Positions 1 to 9,744 of a stretch of 64,000 nt of DNA are shown here, one piece after another (position 1 is the stretch's first letter; the number at the start of each line of letters is the position of its first letter). Origin of the DNA: an uncultured virus (IMG/VR IMGVR_UViG_3300016471_000493) (Duplodnaviria > Heunggongvirae > Uroviricota > Caudoviricetes). The stretch is taken from the IMG/VR virus record IMGVR_UViG_3300016471_000493. One strand, written 5' to 3'. Under the pieces are notes generated by a model. The model was given only the letters and a program-made list of their open reading frames with translations, was not told the DNA's origin and did no database searches. The position numbers and the translations under genes are program-made.

Positions 1-1
1 G

Positions 2-1783
2 ATTTGTTGGTTGTGTTATAGTTTCATCGGTCTTTATATTTTTTACTTGATCATTAGTGGTTACTTTTTTTGTTTGTTCTAACAATTTTTGAAAATCAAA
101 AAATGTAGCACTCGTACGATCTACATTACTTTTTAACCCTATAAAACTATCTTTAACGCCTGTTGTGTCTATAGTATTTAAATTGTTTTCAGTTTTTATA
201 ATACTTTCATTCAAAGGTTTTAAAATCGTATTGTCTATTGTTCCAAAAGTTTTATTAATTAAATCAATCAGTACTCCCCCACCCTGTGATAAAAGATTAT
301 CCTTAGATATTCTTTTTTTCATTTCTCCAATAAAATCGTAGCCTTGAATTTGGGTTCCTAAGTTTTTCATTTCATTTGCGTAGTCAATTGACGCTTTTGT
401 AATTCTATTTCCCCAACTTTCCCAGTCTACGTTACCGTCTTTCATATCGCTATAAAGTTGATTGAGTAATTCTGGAATTTTAGAATACCCTTCATCTATT
501 TTTTCAATTGCAGGCTTTAATCTACGACCACCCCTAACCGCCAACATGTTTCCGGTTTCAACACCGGCTCTAATTAATTGTTGTAGATCACCAATTGGTT
601 TAGACCCAGCAGAAATTCCGCCCAACAAATACACCATAGACTGTAGTGCCTGTGTACTTAATTCGTCTTCAGTTAATTGAGCTTGAGCAATTTCTTCAAG
701 AGTCTCAGGTCTACCTCTTAAATATTCAATATCTTTAGTGCTTAATTGTGAAACTAATTTCTCGTCTTTTCCTATTTTTATGGTATACTTTCCTGTGCCT
801 TTATTGAATTCTGCCAAATTTGCAATCAACAACTTATCTTCTTCAGTGATACTCATAAAGTTAAATTCTGACGCAATTTTATTAAGTTTGCCCATTGCAA
901 TAGCGTTCTTTTGAAGGCCTTCAAAACTAATACCAGATATTAGTGATAAATCCCTCAAATCACGTTTTGCGTTTGATAATAATTTAACTTCACCTGTTTT
1001 TTGATCAAAATACGTAAATTGTGCAGTCATCTTTGTTATACTATCATATAATCCTTCAACATCTTCTTGTGCTAGATACATTAGTCTAAATGGGTCGGCC
1101 AAGTCTCCTATAGCAGCACCCATTCTCTGAAACCCAGCCACCATTTCTATTGCTCCTTCTGGGGAAAATACTCTATCTGCAAAGTTAAAAATTTCAAACA
1201 TATCTGTGCGCAAAGACACCGCCTTGGCCGACATTCTTGTTAATCCCTCAACACCGTCTCTAAATCCAAATTGATTAAGTTTGGACAAATTTTGTTGTAC
1301 TAATGAAAAAACCGCCGACGTGTTAACCCCAACAACTCTGGCAATATTTGCCACTTCTTGCATTCTGTCTCGTATTTTAGTTGTTTGAATTCCAGCATTT
1401 TCAAACTCTAACACAACCCGACCCATTTCTGATATTGTTACCCCTAAAGCCTTACTTGTGGTAAATAGGTCTGTTGCGGTTTCTGAAAGTAGTATTCTAT
1501 TTGTTTTTAATTCACTAGACACATTTTTTTGTATCATAAATGTATCATCTAATGTTCCTCCTAATGCGGTTATTGCTGGTATAGAACTTATGAGTTCTTT
1601 TCTTAAACCAATTACAGACTCTTGTGTTCTCCCAAATGTTGTGGCTAAGTCTTTATTTCTATTTATAATTTCAACCATCAACTCCCCTGAGGCTTGTTTA
1701 ATATTAGTGGGAAGTTCATCAACCTTTCTTTTTAGTTCTTCTAAAATTTGAGTTAATGAATCAAAAATAGGGTTGTCCGCCAT
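2..1783 (-). CDS. Probable tail tape measure protein (partial; 3' end runs off the window)
   Basis: Absent from the ORF track because it has no stop in the window. ATG at 1783 reads MADNPIFDSLTQILEELKRKVDELP...FGRTQESVIGLRKELISSIPAITALGG...LNQFGFRDGVEGLTRMSAKAVSLR...GDLADPFRLMYLAQEDVEGL. Helical, Ala/Leu/Glu-rich, and located directly downstream of the tube and chaperone genes. Confidence 0.7.
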   Translation of the reverse strand, partial: MADNPIFDSLTQILEELKRKVDELPTNIKQASGELMVEIINRNKDLATTFGRTQESVIGLRKELISSIPAITALGGTLDDTFMIQKNVSSELKTNRILLSETATDLFTTSKALGVTISEMGRVVLEFENAGIQTTKIRDRMQEVANIARVVGVNTSAVFSLVQQNLSKLNQFGFRDGVEGLTRMSAKAVSLRTDMFEIFNFADRVFSPEGAIEMVAGFQRMGAAIGDLADPFRLMYLAQEDVEGLYDSITKMTAQFTYFDQKTGEVKLLSNAKRDLRDLSLISGISFEGLQKNAIAMGKLNKIASEFNFMSITEEDKLLIANLAEFNKGTGKYTIKIGKDEKLVSQLSTKDIEYLRGRPETLEEIAQAQLTEDELSTQALQSMVYLLGGISAGSKPIGDLQQLIRAGVETGNMLAVRGGRRLKPAIEKIDEGYSKIPELLNQLYSDMKDGNVDWESWGNRITKASIDYANEMKNLGTQIQGYDFIGEMKKRISKDNLLSQGGGVLIDLINKTFGTIDNTILKPLNESIIKTENNLNTIDTTGVKDSFIGLKSNVDRTSATFFDFQKLLEQTKKVTTNDQVKNIKTDETITQPTN

Positions 1784-1802
1784 AAAATTATTTATAATAA
1801 AT

Positions 1803-1950
1803 CCACCGAAAAACCCATCGGTCTTTAGCCGATGGGATGGAGGGTGGTTATAGTAAATATCTGAATATTGTTTTTTTTCAAAAAAATATTTATTGTTATT
1901 ACAGAACAACAATTCATCCCACAACCTAAAGATTTGTGGGATTTCTTGTT
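1803..1950. repeat. Pair of inverted, related hairpins with CTAAAGA loops (IS200/IS605-end-like or terminator-like)
   Basis: Hairpin 1 is cccatcgg-tctttag-ccgatggg (1814-1836, outer ccacc/ggtgg arms). Hairpin 2 is atcccacaa-cctaaagat-ttgtgggat (1916-1942). The reverse complement of hairpin 1 shares catccca..ctaaaga..tggg with hairpin 2. Confidence 0.6.
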
Positions 1951-1978
1951 GAGTTTATTTAAAATAAATATAAAACTT

Positions 1979-2128
1979 TCAAGTGTTTGATATTTTGTCC
2001 AATAATCTTTTCCTCCAAAAAATAGGCATTTTTAAAAAATCTGAATACGACACGTTACATCGTTGATTCAAAATAAAAAATTCGTCTATTTGAAATACTC
2101 TGTAATCAGAAGAAAACGCGAAAAAAGT
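1979..2128 (-). CDS. Start-less 49-codon frame overlapping the end of 2106..2855; probable frameshift extension (gpGT-like / T4 gp51-like)
   Basis: The +1 frame reads TFFAFSSDYRVFQIDEFFILNQRCNVSYSDFLKMPIFWRKRLLDKISNT*. It opens just after a TAG, at GAC TTT TTT CGC of the upstream gene. The S-x-x-D/E-x-x-x-M-P-x-x-x-R pattern resembles gp51-like peptides. Confidence 0.65.
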   Translation of the reverse strand, partial: TFFAFSSDYRVFQIDEFFILNQRCNVSYSDFLKMPIFWRKRLLDKISNT

Positions 2129-2855
2129 CTACCCCAAAGGCGACCTCTACGTCTACCTTATTTCCTGACGGGGCGGTAATTGTTCTTTTTAAATCAATTT
2201 TAGGTTCATTTTCCTCTAAAAAATTTTTGATAAATTTAGAGTCCATTATAGGCATTGTTTCAATAAATTTAACTATTGTTTGATTTTGATTGTCACCATT
2301 AACAGAAACAATTTGTTTTTGTAATCTCCATGTAACTTTTGGAGCAACTCTACCTAATGGATAGGTGTCCGCCTGCCTATTAATTTCTACTATTTCTTTG
2401 TAAATAAGTGGTCGAATAACCACTGAGGTTTGTGATTTAGGTAACGTAACTGTCCAAGTTCCATCTTCATCAGGTTCTGCATTAGGTTTTCTGAACTCAA
2501 GCTCATCTAAATTTATTACTACTGGAAATTGTTTTCCAGTAACAGGGTCGTTTACATTAATTTTATATTCATGACCAAATGATGTGTTTCTTAAAAAAAT
2601 AAGAATTGTTTCTAAATCGCCGTTAACCATATCGTCTGGACGTAGATCTGGTTCATAGATCTTAGTTCTAAGAAGATTTATGATTAATTCATCTGAATTT
2701 GACCCCATTAATAAATTTTCATCACTTGCGGTTAGATATCCGACTTTAACTGACTTTTTTTTATTTGGGTAGAACTTGCCGCCACTTGGTAATTTTACAA
2801 CATCATGAGGTAATGAAAAATTTTCTTGTCCATATTTTATTAAATTTTCGTCCAT
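2106..2855 (-). CDS. Baseplate hub assembly / tail assembly chaperone (T4 gp26-like)
   Basis: Motifs VKLPSGGKFY, YLTASDENLL, GDLETILIFLR..SFG, TLPKS and a C-terminal FF. Lies between the tube and tape measure genes. Confidence 0.7.
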   Translation of the reverse strand: MDENLIKYGQENFSLPHDVVKLPSGGKFYPNKKKSVKVGYLTASDENLLMGSNSDELIINLLRTKIYEPDLRPDDMVNGDLETILIFLRNTSFGHEYKINVNDPVTGKQFPVVINLDELEFRKPNAEPDEDGTWTVTLPKSQTSVVIRPLIYKEIVEINRQADTYPLGRVAPKVTWRLQKQIVSVNGDNQNQTIVKFIETMPIMDSKFIKNFLEENEPKIDLKRTITAPSGNKVDVEVAFGVDFFRVFF

Positions 2856-2876
2856 AACTTAGAATATAATTTTGTT

Positions 2877-3254
2877 TTAATTTTTGTTTTCACAAAGTAA
2901 TGAAGTTGTGTGTTTTCCAATAACAAACCTCATTTTATTAGTCAGTAGATCGTCACTACCATATGATGCGATTTTTTCATAATTCATAGATTTTGTTTCA
3001 AACAATAATTCATTGACAACACTACCTATAGGATCTAGATATGATATTTTTACTGCTGTAATTTTGAAGAACTCATTTGGGTTAAAACAAAAATTGACTG
3101 TTTCATAAAATTCTGTTGTAAAAATAAGTTCGTCCCCCTCATTGAAAATTTTGAATTCTCTAAACAAATAACTAGGAATCTCGGTTCCTACGACTTCTAT
3201 GATATACCTGTTTGCCATTAATGGCACTATTGTATTTGGAATCTCTATCATCAT
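2877..3254 (-). CDS. Degenerate tail-tube paralog, 125 aa
   Basis: PLMANRYII / YLDPIGSVV / SYGSDDLLT align with the tube protein's PKRVNRFIL / MLDPTGVVV / QYSQDGLAT. Confidence 0.55.
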   Translation of the reverse strand: MMIEIPNTIVPLMANRYIIEVVGTEIPSYLFREFKIFNEGDELIFTTEFYETVNFCFNPNEFFKITAVKISYLDPIGSVVNELLFETKSMNYEKIASYGSDDLLTNKMRFVIGKHTTSLLCENKN

Positions 3255-3329
3255 TATTTCTTTGTTTTCAATATAACAAAGAACAAAAAAAAATAAATAT
3301 AAAAAATATTAGATTTTTTTTGTGTCTTA

Positions 3330-3818
3330 TTAATATACAAGAATACAACGATCAGGTTGTAAAGTGACTGTCAATGTTGCCAAACCATCTTGACTATATT
3401 GTGCTTGATTCCAGGCCGACTTTGTAATCATACAAGAGTCTAATATCCATTTTTCAACTACAACACCTGTTGGGTCTAACATCTCTAGGTCAACATTCTT
3501 TTTGTATCCTGCGGCATATCCCATACGACCTGTGACAGACTCCGCATGTAATCGTACCCACTCCATAAGGGCTTGTGTGGCTGAAGGGCCGACTGGGTCT
3601 CTAAAAGTAACATTCATTGAATTCCATTTAAATCTTCCCGCAACATAAGTTTCGGTATTAAGAAACGGAATTGCCACAGAGGTAATATCAATAGATGGTC
3701 TATCTACTGACTCCACAAACCATTCATTTATTCCAAGAGTAGAGTCAAATCTTAATATAAATCTATTTACTCTTTTCGGTTCGTATGGAACCGGCATTTT
3801 CATTAGTAAATCTGCCAT
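3330..3818 (-). CDS. Tail tube protein (T4 gp19-like)
   Basis: 162 aa with EPKRVNRF, YVAGRFKWNSMNVTFRDP, LMEWVR and LDPTGVVVEKWIL motifs. Located downstream of the sheath gene. Confidence 0.85.
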   Translation of the reverse strand: MADLLMKMPVPYEPKRVNRFILRFDSTLGINEWFVESVDRPSIDITSVAIPFLNTETYVAGRFKWNSMNVTFRDPVGPSATQALMEWVRLHAESVTGRMGYAAGYKKNVDLEMLDPTGVVVEKWILDSCMITKSAWNQAQYSQDGLATLTVTLQPDRCILVY

Positions 3819-3879
3819 TTTATTTTTTTTTGATTATATTTATAGTTGTACTTTTTAGATACACTTAATAAATATATCA

Positions 3880-5523
3880 ATGTGTAAAATATTTAATAAT
3901 TCAGCAAAATTTATTGAAAAATCTAAAGAATTATATTCTGACAAATACAATTATGAATTTGTTGATTATGTAAATTCCAAAACAAAAGTGAAATTAATTT
4001 GTAATTTACACAATTACAGTTTTATGCAATTACCTAGTGAACATTTGCGTGGTAAAAATGGTTGTAAATTTTGTTCGGACAGGGCTACAAATACCCAAGA
4101 GTTTTTAACCAAAGTAAAAAAAAGGTTTGGGGGTCTATATGACTACTCATTAACTAATTATGTTAATTCAGAAACCAAGGTAAAAATTATATGTCCTGTT
4201 CATGGGATTTTTGAAAAACTTCCTTCGCAACATATGGTTGGTCAGGGTTGTCCTTCTTGTAGTAGGAGTAAACCTCGTTCCAACACTGAAACTTTTGTAG
4301 CTAAAGCGATCGAAAAACACGGAACTTATTATGACTATTCATTGGTGCATTTTATCAAATCTACAAAAAATGTAAAAATTGTGTGTCCAAAACATGGGAT
4401 TTTTGAACAAACCCCATCGAAACACTTGTGCGGTCAAGGTTGTAAAGAATGTTCGATTGACCGAAAGAAAGAAAAGTTTAGTTTAAATGAATCTGAATTT
4501 ATCGAAAGATCTAAAAAAATTCATGCTGACAAATATGATTATTCTCTTGTGGAATATCATAACTCACACACAAAGATTAAAATAATTTGTCCAACACACA
4601 AGATATTCGATCAACTCCCCTACGATCATTTATCCAAGCATGGGTGTCCAAACTGTTCATCTAGTGTATCCAACATAGAAAAAGAAATCAATCAATTTTT
4701 ACTTTCTTGTGGTGTTCAGACAATCACATCATCGCTATCCATAATTCCTCCATATCAAATCGATATTTTTATACCTTCACATAATCTCGCAATTGAGTTT
4801 AATGGTCTGTATTGGCATTCTGAAAATAAAGTTGGAAAGAATTATCATTTGAATAAAACCCAAATTTGTGAACAAAATAATATACGACTAATTCACATCT
4901 TCGAGGACGAATGGTTATTCAAAAAAGAGATTATTAAATCCAAATTAAAAAATTTGTTAGGGCTTACCTTAGACAGAGTGTTTGCAAGAAAGTGTGTTAT
5001 TAAAGATGTAGATCCTCAAACATCATGTCATTTTTTGAACACACACCATTTACAAGGAAAAATAAATTCAAAAATTAATTTAGGTTTATACTACAACCAA
5101 GAATTAATATCTTTGATGACTTTCACAAAGCCGCGACTAGGTATTGGTTCACACCATAGTGGGTATGAATTAAGTAGGTTTTGCAATAAAACAGATACAA
5201 TAGTTGTAGGAGGCGCTGACAAATTAATTAATCACTTTATAAAAAAATATCACCCAAATCAAATAATCAGTTATGCCGATCGTCGTTGGAGTCGAGGGGA
5301 TTTGTATCGTAAACTAGGGTTTACACAGACCAATATTAATAAACCAAATTATTGGTATATCATTGGAAAAAAAAGAGTACATAGAATGAATTTTAGAAAA
5401 GAAAAATTGAAAAAAGAAGGTTTTGATATTAAATTAACCGAAAAACAAATTATGGTATCTCGGAATATTGAAAGAATTTATGATTGTGGTACAATTGTTT
5501 TTTTGAAGAAATTCGAGTATTGA
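3880..5523 (+). CDS. Hef-like free-standing homing endonuclease: four Zn-ribbon repeats, a PD-(D/E)xK/Vsr-like nuclease and a C-terminal GNAT/Mom-like domain
   Basis: Four YxYxxxxY..KxKxxCxxH..F...P..H...GCxxC repeats; IDIFIPSHNLAIEFNGLYWHS...LIHIFEDEW; FLNTHHLQG..ELSRF..SYADRRWS.G.LY..LGF. Antisense insertion within the tail operon. Confidence 0.75.
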   Translation: MCKIFNNSAKFIEKSKELYSDKYNYEFVDYVNSKTKVKLICNLHNYSFMQLPSEHLRGKNGCKFCSDRATNTQEFLTKVKKRFGGLYDYSLTNYVNSETKVKIICPVHGIFEKLPSQHMVGQGCPSCSRSKPRSNTETFVAKAIEKHGTYYDYSLVHFIKSTKNVKIVCPKHGIFEQTPSKHLCGQGCKECSIDRKKEKFSLNESEFIERSKKIHADKYDYSLVEYHNSHTKIKIICPTHKIFDQLPYDHLSKHGCPNCSSSVSNIEKEINQFLLSCGVQTITSSLSIIPPYQIDIFIPSHNLAIEFNGLYWHSENKVGKNYHLNKTQICEQNNIRLIHIFEDEWLFKKEIIKSKLKNLLGLTLDRVFARKCVIKDVDPQTSCHFLNTHHLQGKINSKINLGLYYNQELISLMTFTKPRLGIGSHHSGYELSRFCNKTDTIVVGGADKLINHFIKKYHPNQIISYADRRWSRGDLYRKLGFTQTNINKPNYWYIIGKKRVHRMNFRKEKLKKEGFDIKLTEKQIMVSRNIERIYDCGTIVFLKKFEY

Positions 5524-5566
5524 AAAATTTTTCTATTTACTTTATTTTTTTTTTGAATATTCTCTA

Positions 5567-6379
5567 TTAGAATCTAGTTTTTTCTCCGCTCGCGGTTGAA
5601 TATGTTCTTAATATTGGTTCTTTAATAAATTCCTTCTTAATTTTTTCTAGATTTTTTTTATCATCATCTGAAAATCCAACTGTTGGTGTAAATGCTCCTT
5701 TGACGTTGTCCTTCAAATAAAGTTTTTTATTCAATCTTTTTGCATGTCTTTTTACATAATCAATAAATTCTTTTAGTGCTTTCACTTTAAGTTCTTCAGG
5801 GTTAGCAGCACTATTAGTTGCTCCATAAGAAACAGGATAATATTTATTTAAGTCCATGTAGTAATTTAGTAAGTCTCTTTTATTAATTTTATTTCCAAAT
5901 ATTTTTCTATATTTTTTTAGATTTTTAATTAATAAATCCTTATCAATTCCATTATGATTAGATATAATCATATTGTATATGGCCTGTTTTATTGTATTTG
6001 GGTTATGTCCTCTAGCCGTAATAATTGAAAAAATAGAACCATTATTGATCGCCTCCACAAAATCAGACCAAGCAGGCCCAGGACTTCCCTTCATACTATC
6101 AATTATAAATTGTTTGTCACCTTCTGTTCTAAAATTACGAAACGGATCTTGTGCATAATCTACAATGGTTGTTCTCTCATACGAGAAATTTTCTTTACCT
6201 ATAATTCCACGATACTGAGCAAAATCTTCGGTGGACATTCCTACTTCAGACCCTTTATCATCTAGAACCATAATCTTGGTAGGCATATGCATTATGTTAT
6301 CATCCCAATCAAATGCATAATACTTTAAATCTGGAGTCCCAAAAACATCAAAACCTTCAAAAATCAAATTAACATTCAC
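5567..6379 (-). CDS. HAD-superfamily phosphatase-like phage protein
   Basis: Motif I FDWDDN, motif II IITARG, a conserved K (ELKVKA) and motif IV GFSDDD. Confidence 0.65.
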   Translation of the reverse strand: MNVNLIFEGFDVFGTPDLKYYAFDWDDNIMHMPTKIMVLDDKGSEVGMSTEDFAQYRGIIGKENFSYERTTIVDYAQDPFRNFRTEGDKQFIIDSMKGSPGPAWSDFVEAINNGSIFSIITARGHNPNTIKQAIYNMIISNHNGIDKDLLIKNLKKYRKIFGNKINKRDLLNYYMDLNKYYPVSYGATNSAANPEELKVKALKEFIDYVKRHAKRLNKKLYLKDNVKGAFTPTVGFSDDDKKNLEKIKKEFIKEPILRTYSTASGEKTRF

Positions 6380-6387
6380 ATTTAAAC

Positions 6388-9300
6388 TTAAATATTATCA
6401 AATGATGCTCCGTTAGGAGTTATCAAAAACTCAATATCTATAAATTCAAGGGCCTTAGTTGGTTTAAGATAAATTTTACCAGAAAGTGTGTTTCGATCCA
6501 AATCTTCAGGAGAGTTGCTCACAGTGACTCTAAAATCATAAAGACCTCTATCTCTTCTAATTGCATCCAAAATAGGATTAACACTATCTAAGAAATCTTG
6601 ACGTACTTTAGCGTCATTTTGTTCAAAGAGTAAACGAACCGCAACAGCGGAAATGAGTTTTCTAGCCTGGAGCAATAATCTACGAACATTAATTCTATTT
6701 AATGCCGTATCGGCAATCTGAAGTGTTTTATTACCCCAAATAACAGTACCAACATCAGAAAATGTTGCTATTGGATTAATACGTCCTTGATATAAAATAT
6801 CTCTATCTTCTTGGGTTAGTTTTTTCCTCGCTTTAATTGCATTTACTAAACCACGAGTATAACCAGCTGTGGCAAACCATGGAAATGAAATATTATCAGT
6901 TAACGCAAGATTTCTACAAACCTCATTTGTTGGTGGGACATAGAGTTGTGTATTGTTAACAGAGTCTCTAACTAAAATCCACGGATAATAAGTTGCGGTG
7001 TAATTAGAGTCAATTCCAACTTCATTTAAGTTTTCAATCACATTTGATGGGTAAATAAAATTATCAATATTAGTTGGAGAAAAAAGATTACAATCTGGAG
7101 TTGTTGCAATATAAATAGAGTCAGCTCTTTGATATGTAATCATTGAAATTGTATCTTCAACTAAATTTGTATTATTTACATAATCAATACCTGGTGTGGC
7201 AAAAACATTAATATTTGTAGATTCTGGATTATTAAAAGTACTAATACCTAATAGGTATGCGTAGTAGTCGGTATTAGCATAATCTGTAAAATTGGAAATT
7301 GTTATTGGCTTAAAGGCTCCCCAACCAGATGCAAATGGATATCTAGTCGACGGACAAGCCCCCATTTGATAGCTAGAACCTCCTAAAACAAATTGATCAC
7401 CATTTGTTCTAAACTCTCTGTAAATATCCCAACCATCATAACCTTTTTGAACAAAAAAAGTAAACTTACGTGATTGAATTTGGTAATATGGATCAGATGG
7501 TGAGCCAGGATCAGACTGAAAGGAAGCATCCCCACATAAAAAAGCGGGAGTTCCGGCCGTTGGGCCAGACACAATTTGTACAACTGTTGCTCCTGAATCC
7601 ATATGAAATCCTTGAGTTTGATACTCATATGGTGACGCCAACTCACTTGTACAAATATCAACTGGTGGTTTGGCCCCCTTATATTGAAAAAAATCTACAT
7701 CATACCCAATCTGAGACGAAATTCCTAAAAAAGTTGTACGTATTTTATCTCCTTGACTCATAACAGCATTTGACATACCACGAGAAGATTGTGGGCCTGA
7801 CATAGTACCAAATGGAGGGTTGTAAATGATCTCACCAGGAAAGTTATAACTTAATTTGTATATTGGAAAAGCCGGTTGATATTGTGGAACATTGCGAGCC
7901 TCATACCCCTCAAAACCACAAGGTAATGAATTTATAGGTGCATCAACATTTAACTCAAGCATAATATATTTGGAGTTAAGTGCATATTCGCCATCAGATG
8001 TTCCAATTTTAACACCAATATAACTATTTGAATTAAAGTCCATAGAACAATTTGTAAATTTTTCTAAATAAACTGGATTCGTGTCAGTATCATAAAAATC
8101 TCGAACCCCTAAATCAAAAGAAAGATTATCAAATGATATATTTTGAATAGAAATTTTAACTTGAACATTTGAACTATTGCCATCTGAAATTGTAAAAACT
8201 TTAAACAATCTATCCACATTACTACCTCTAAGTTGAGAAACAACCCAAGGGGATTCGCCAGATCTATACCTTTCCAAAAAATTTGCCATAGAAAATGTAG
8301 AAATTTTATTTTGACTTGTTGTTTGAGGTAAAGAATTATAACGAAGTCCTGGTGCGGACAATATCTGTGGTTTTATACCCCTAATATACCCTTTATTGTA
8401 TGAATAATTTAAAAAATTAGGATAAATTTCCTCAACAAAAATAGGTATTTCAGTTTTATTTTTACCAAAATTAGTTTTACCTAAAACTGAAGGTAAATAA
8501 TTTTGATCAGTTTTAGAAAAAGATACAACTAAAGAAAATTGTTCAGACGAATCAGCACCATCAGTAATTCCTGTAATAGCAAAACGAGCAAACGGATTTT
8601 GTGTTGCAGCAGAATAAGTTCCATTCAAATTCAAACCAACAGATGTTAAACCAGTAACTTGATATTTAGGCCCAGATTGTCCTGATTTATAATCAGAAAT
8701 ACCACGAGACCTCAACGTTGCAATACAAATTTCATCATAATCAGCATACGATTTACCAGTAAAGTTAAAACTAAATCCACGAAGAACACCAGTATATGTA
8801 CCATTATTATTATTAAAAGATTGAACAACCGAATAAAACGAATATCCAGTATATGGTTGATTTGGAAGTTCAATAAAGTTTGCATAATACCACGCATCAT
8901 TGTCTGGTGAAGAAAAGTCCGCAATAAAATCAGTCAAACCAGAAACACCAAAAACATTTGTCTGTCCGGTATAGGAAGTCAAGCTCTGATATGTAGAATC
9001 TGGTACTGTTCCAAAAAAATAAACAGTATCGCCCTGTGTTGCTCCAGAAGAATTAACAACACTTAATACTTGATTAGTAAGCTGATCAGATATTGATGAT
9101 TGATTACCGTTTAATAAGGTAAAAATATTATTAAAATTGTTTGAAACATAGTCACCTGTTGGGGTACTAAAATTAACCGCACCTGTATTAGTCGCAACAA
9201 AATTTACAGACCAAGATTGAGTTTGAATATTATTATTAGTATCAACAGAAAAACCGACACTATTTCCGTCAACATTTGCAACAGTTAACAGAGACCAACT

Positions 9301-9618
9301 TGGCCCCGCGTCATAGCCAGAAAGGCCTAAGACTCGAGTAACAAATAACTGATTTGATTGTTGTAAATAAGATTTTGCAATATAAGCCAATTCGTATTTT
9401 GGAATTTGTGTGTTAACAAATTTTTCGGGAGAAGTACCCCCAAAAAAAGCCTCAAACTCATCGAATGATGTTATGAAAATCGGTTCAAAAGCGGGCCCGG
9501 AAAGTGTCTCACCGACTAATCCTAAAGTTGTAACACCAACACTCTGAGCCACAAAACTCAAATCTCTCTCAGAAGTATACACTCCAGGTGAAACAAATAT
9601 TTTATTTGTAGTTGCCAT
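6388..9618 (-). CDS. Contractile tail sheath protein (gp18-like) with large insertions
   Basis: N-terminal VSPGVYTSERDLS; C-terminal YYPWI, PWFATAGYTRG, RINPI, WGNKT, RINVRRLL and PTKALEFIDIEF. Confidence 0.95.
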   Translation of the reverse strand: MATTNKIFVSPGVYTSERDLSFVAQSVGVTTLGLVGETLSGPAFEPIFITSFDEFEAFFGGTSPEKFVNTQIPKYELAYIAKSYLQQSNQLFVTRVLGLSGYDAGPSWSLLTVANVDGNSVGFSVDTNNNIQTQSWSVNFVATNTGAVNFSTPTGDYVSNNFNNIFTLLNGNQSSISDQLTNQVLSVVNSSGATQGDTVYFFGTVPDSTYQSLTSYTGQTNVFGVSGLTDFIADFSSPDNDAWYYANFIELPNQPYTGYSFYSVVQSFNNNNGTYTGVLRGFSFNFTGKSYADYDEICIATLRSRGISDYKSGQSGPKYQVTGLTSVGLNLNGTYSAATQNPFARFAITGITDGADSSEQFSLVVSFSKTDQNYLPSVLGKTNFGKNKTEIPIFVEEIYPNFLNYSYNKGYIRGIKPQILSAPGLRYNSLPQTTSQNKISTFSMANFLERYRSGESPWVVSQLRGSNVDRLFKVFTISDGNSSNVQVKISIQNISFDNLSFDLGVRDFYDTDTNPVYLEKFTNCSMDFNSNSYIGVKIGTSDGEYALNSKYIMLELNVDAPINSLPCGFEGYEARNVPQYQPAFPIYKLSYNFPGEIIYNPPFGTMSGPQSSRGMSNAVMSQGDKIRTTFLGISSQIGYDVDFFQYKGAKPPVDICTSELASPYEYQTQGFHMDSGATVVQIVSGPTAGTPAFLCGDASFQSDPGSPSDPYYQIQSRKFTFFVQKGYDGWDIYREFRTNGDQFVLGGSSYQMGACPSTRYPFASGWGAFKPITISNFTDYANTDYYAYLLGISTFNNPESTNINVFATPGIDYVNNTNLVEDTISMITYQRADSIYIATTPDCNLFSPTNIDNFIYPSNVIENLNEVGIDSNYTATYYPWILVRDSVNNTQLYVPPTNEVCRNLALTDNISFPWFATAGYTRGLVNAIKARKKLTQEDRDILYQGRINPIATFSDVGTVIWGNKTLQIADTALNRINVRRLLLQARKLISAVAVRLLFEQNDAKVRQDFLDSVNPILDAIRRDRGLYDFRVTVSNSPEDLDRNTLSGKIYLKPTKALEFIDIEFLITPNGASFDNI

Positions 9619-9744
9619 ATGATTTAATTATTTTTTATTTTTTATTTTTTTTATTTCTATAAATATTATGCTAACTAAGAAAGTATTTGTTTTTAAAAAA
9701 ACTTATTTATTTTAAGTATAAAAAATTATCTTTTTTTATCTTTT

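Noticed and set aside
462..1751. + strand ORFs 462..680 and 1458..1751
   Set aside because: They are antisense to the long tape-measure reading frame.
2106..9618. Sheath/tube/baseplate genes as an extracellular contractile injection system or tailocin
   Set aside because: Head-neck genes, DNA polymerase, helicase and dUTPase in the same window indicate a complete phage.
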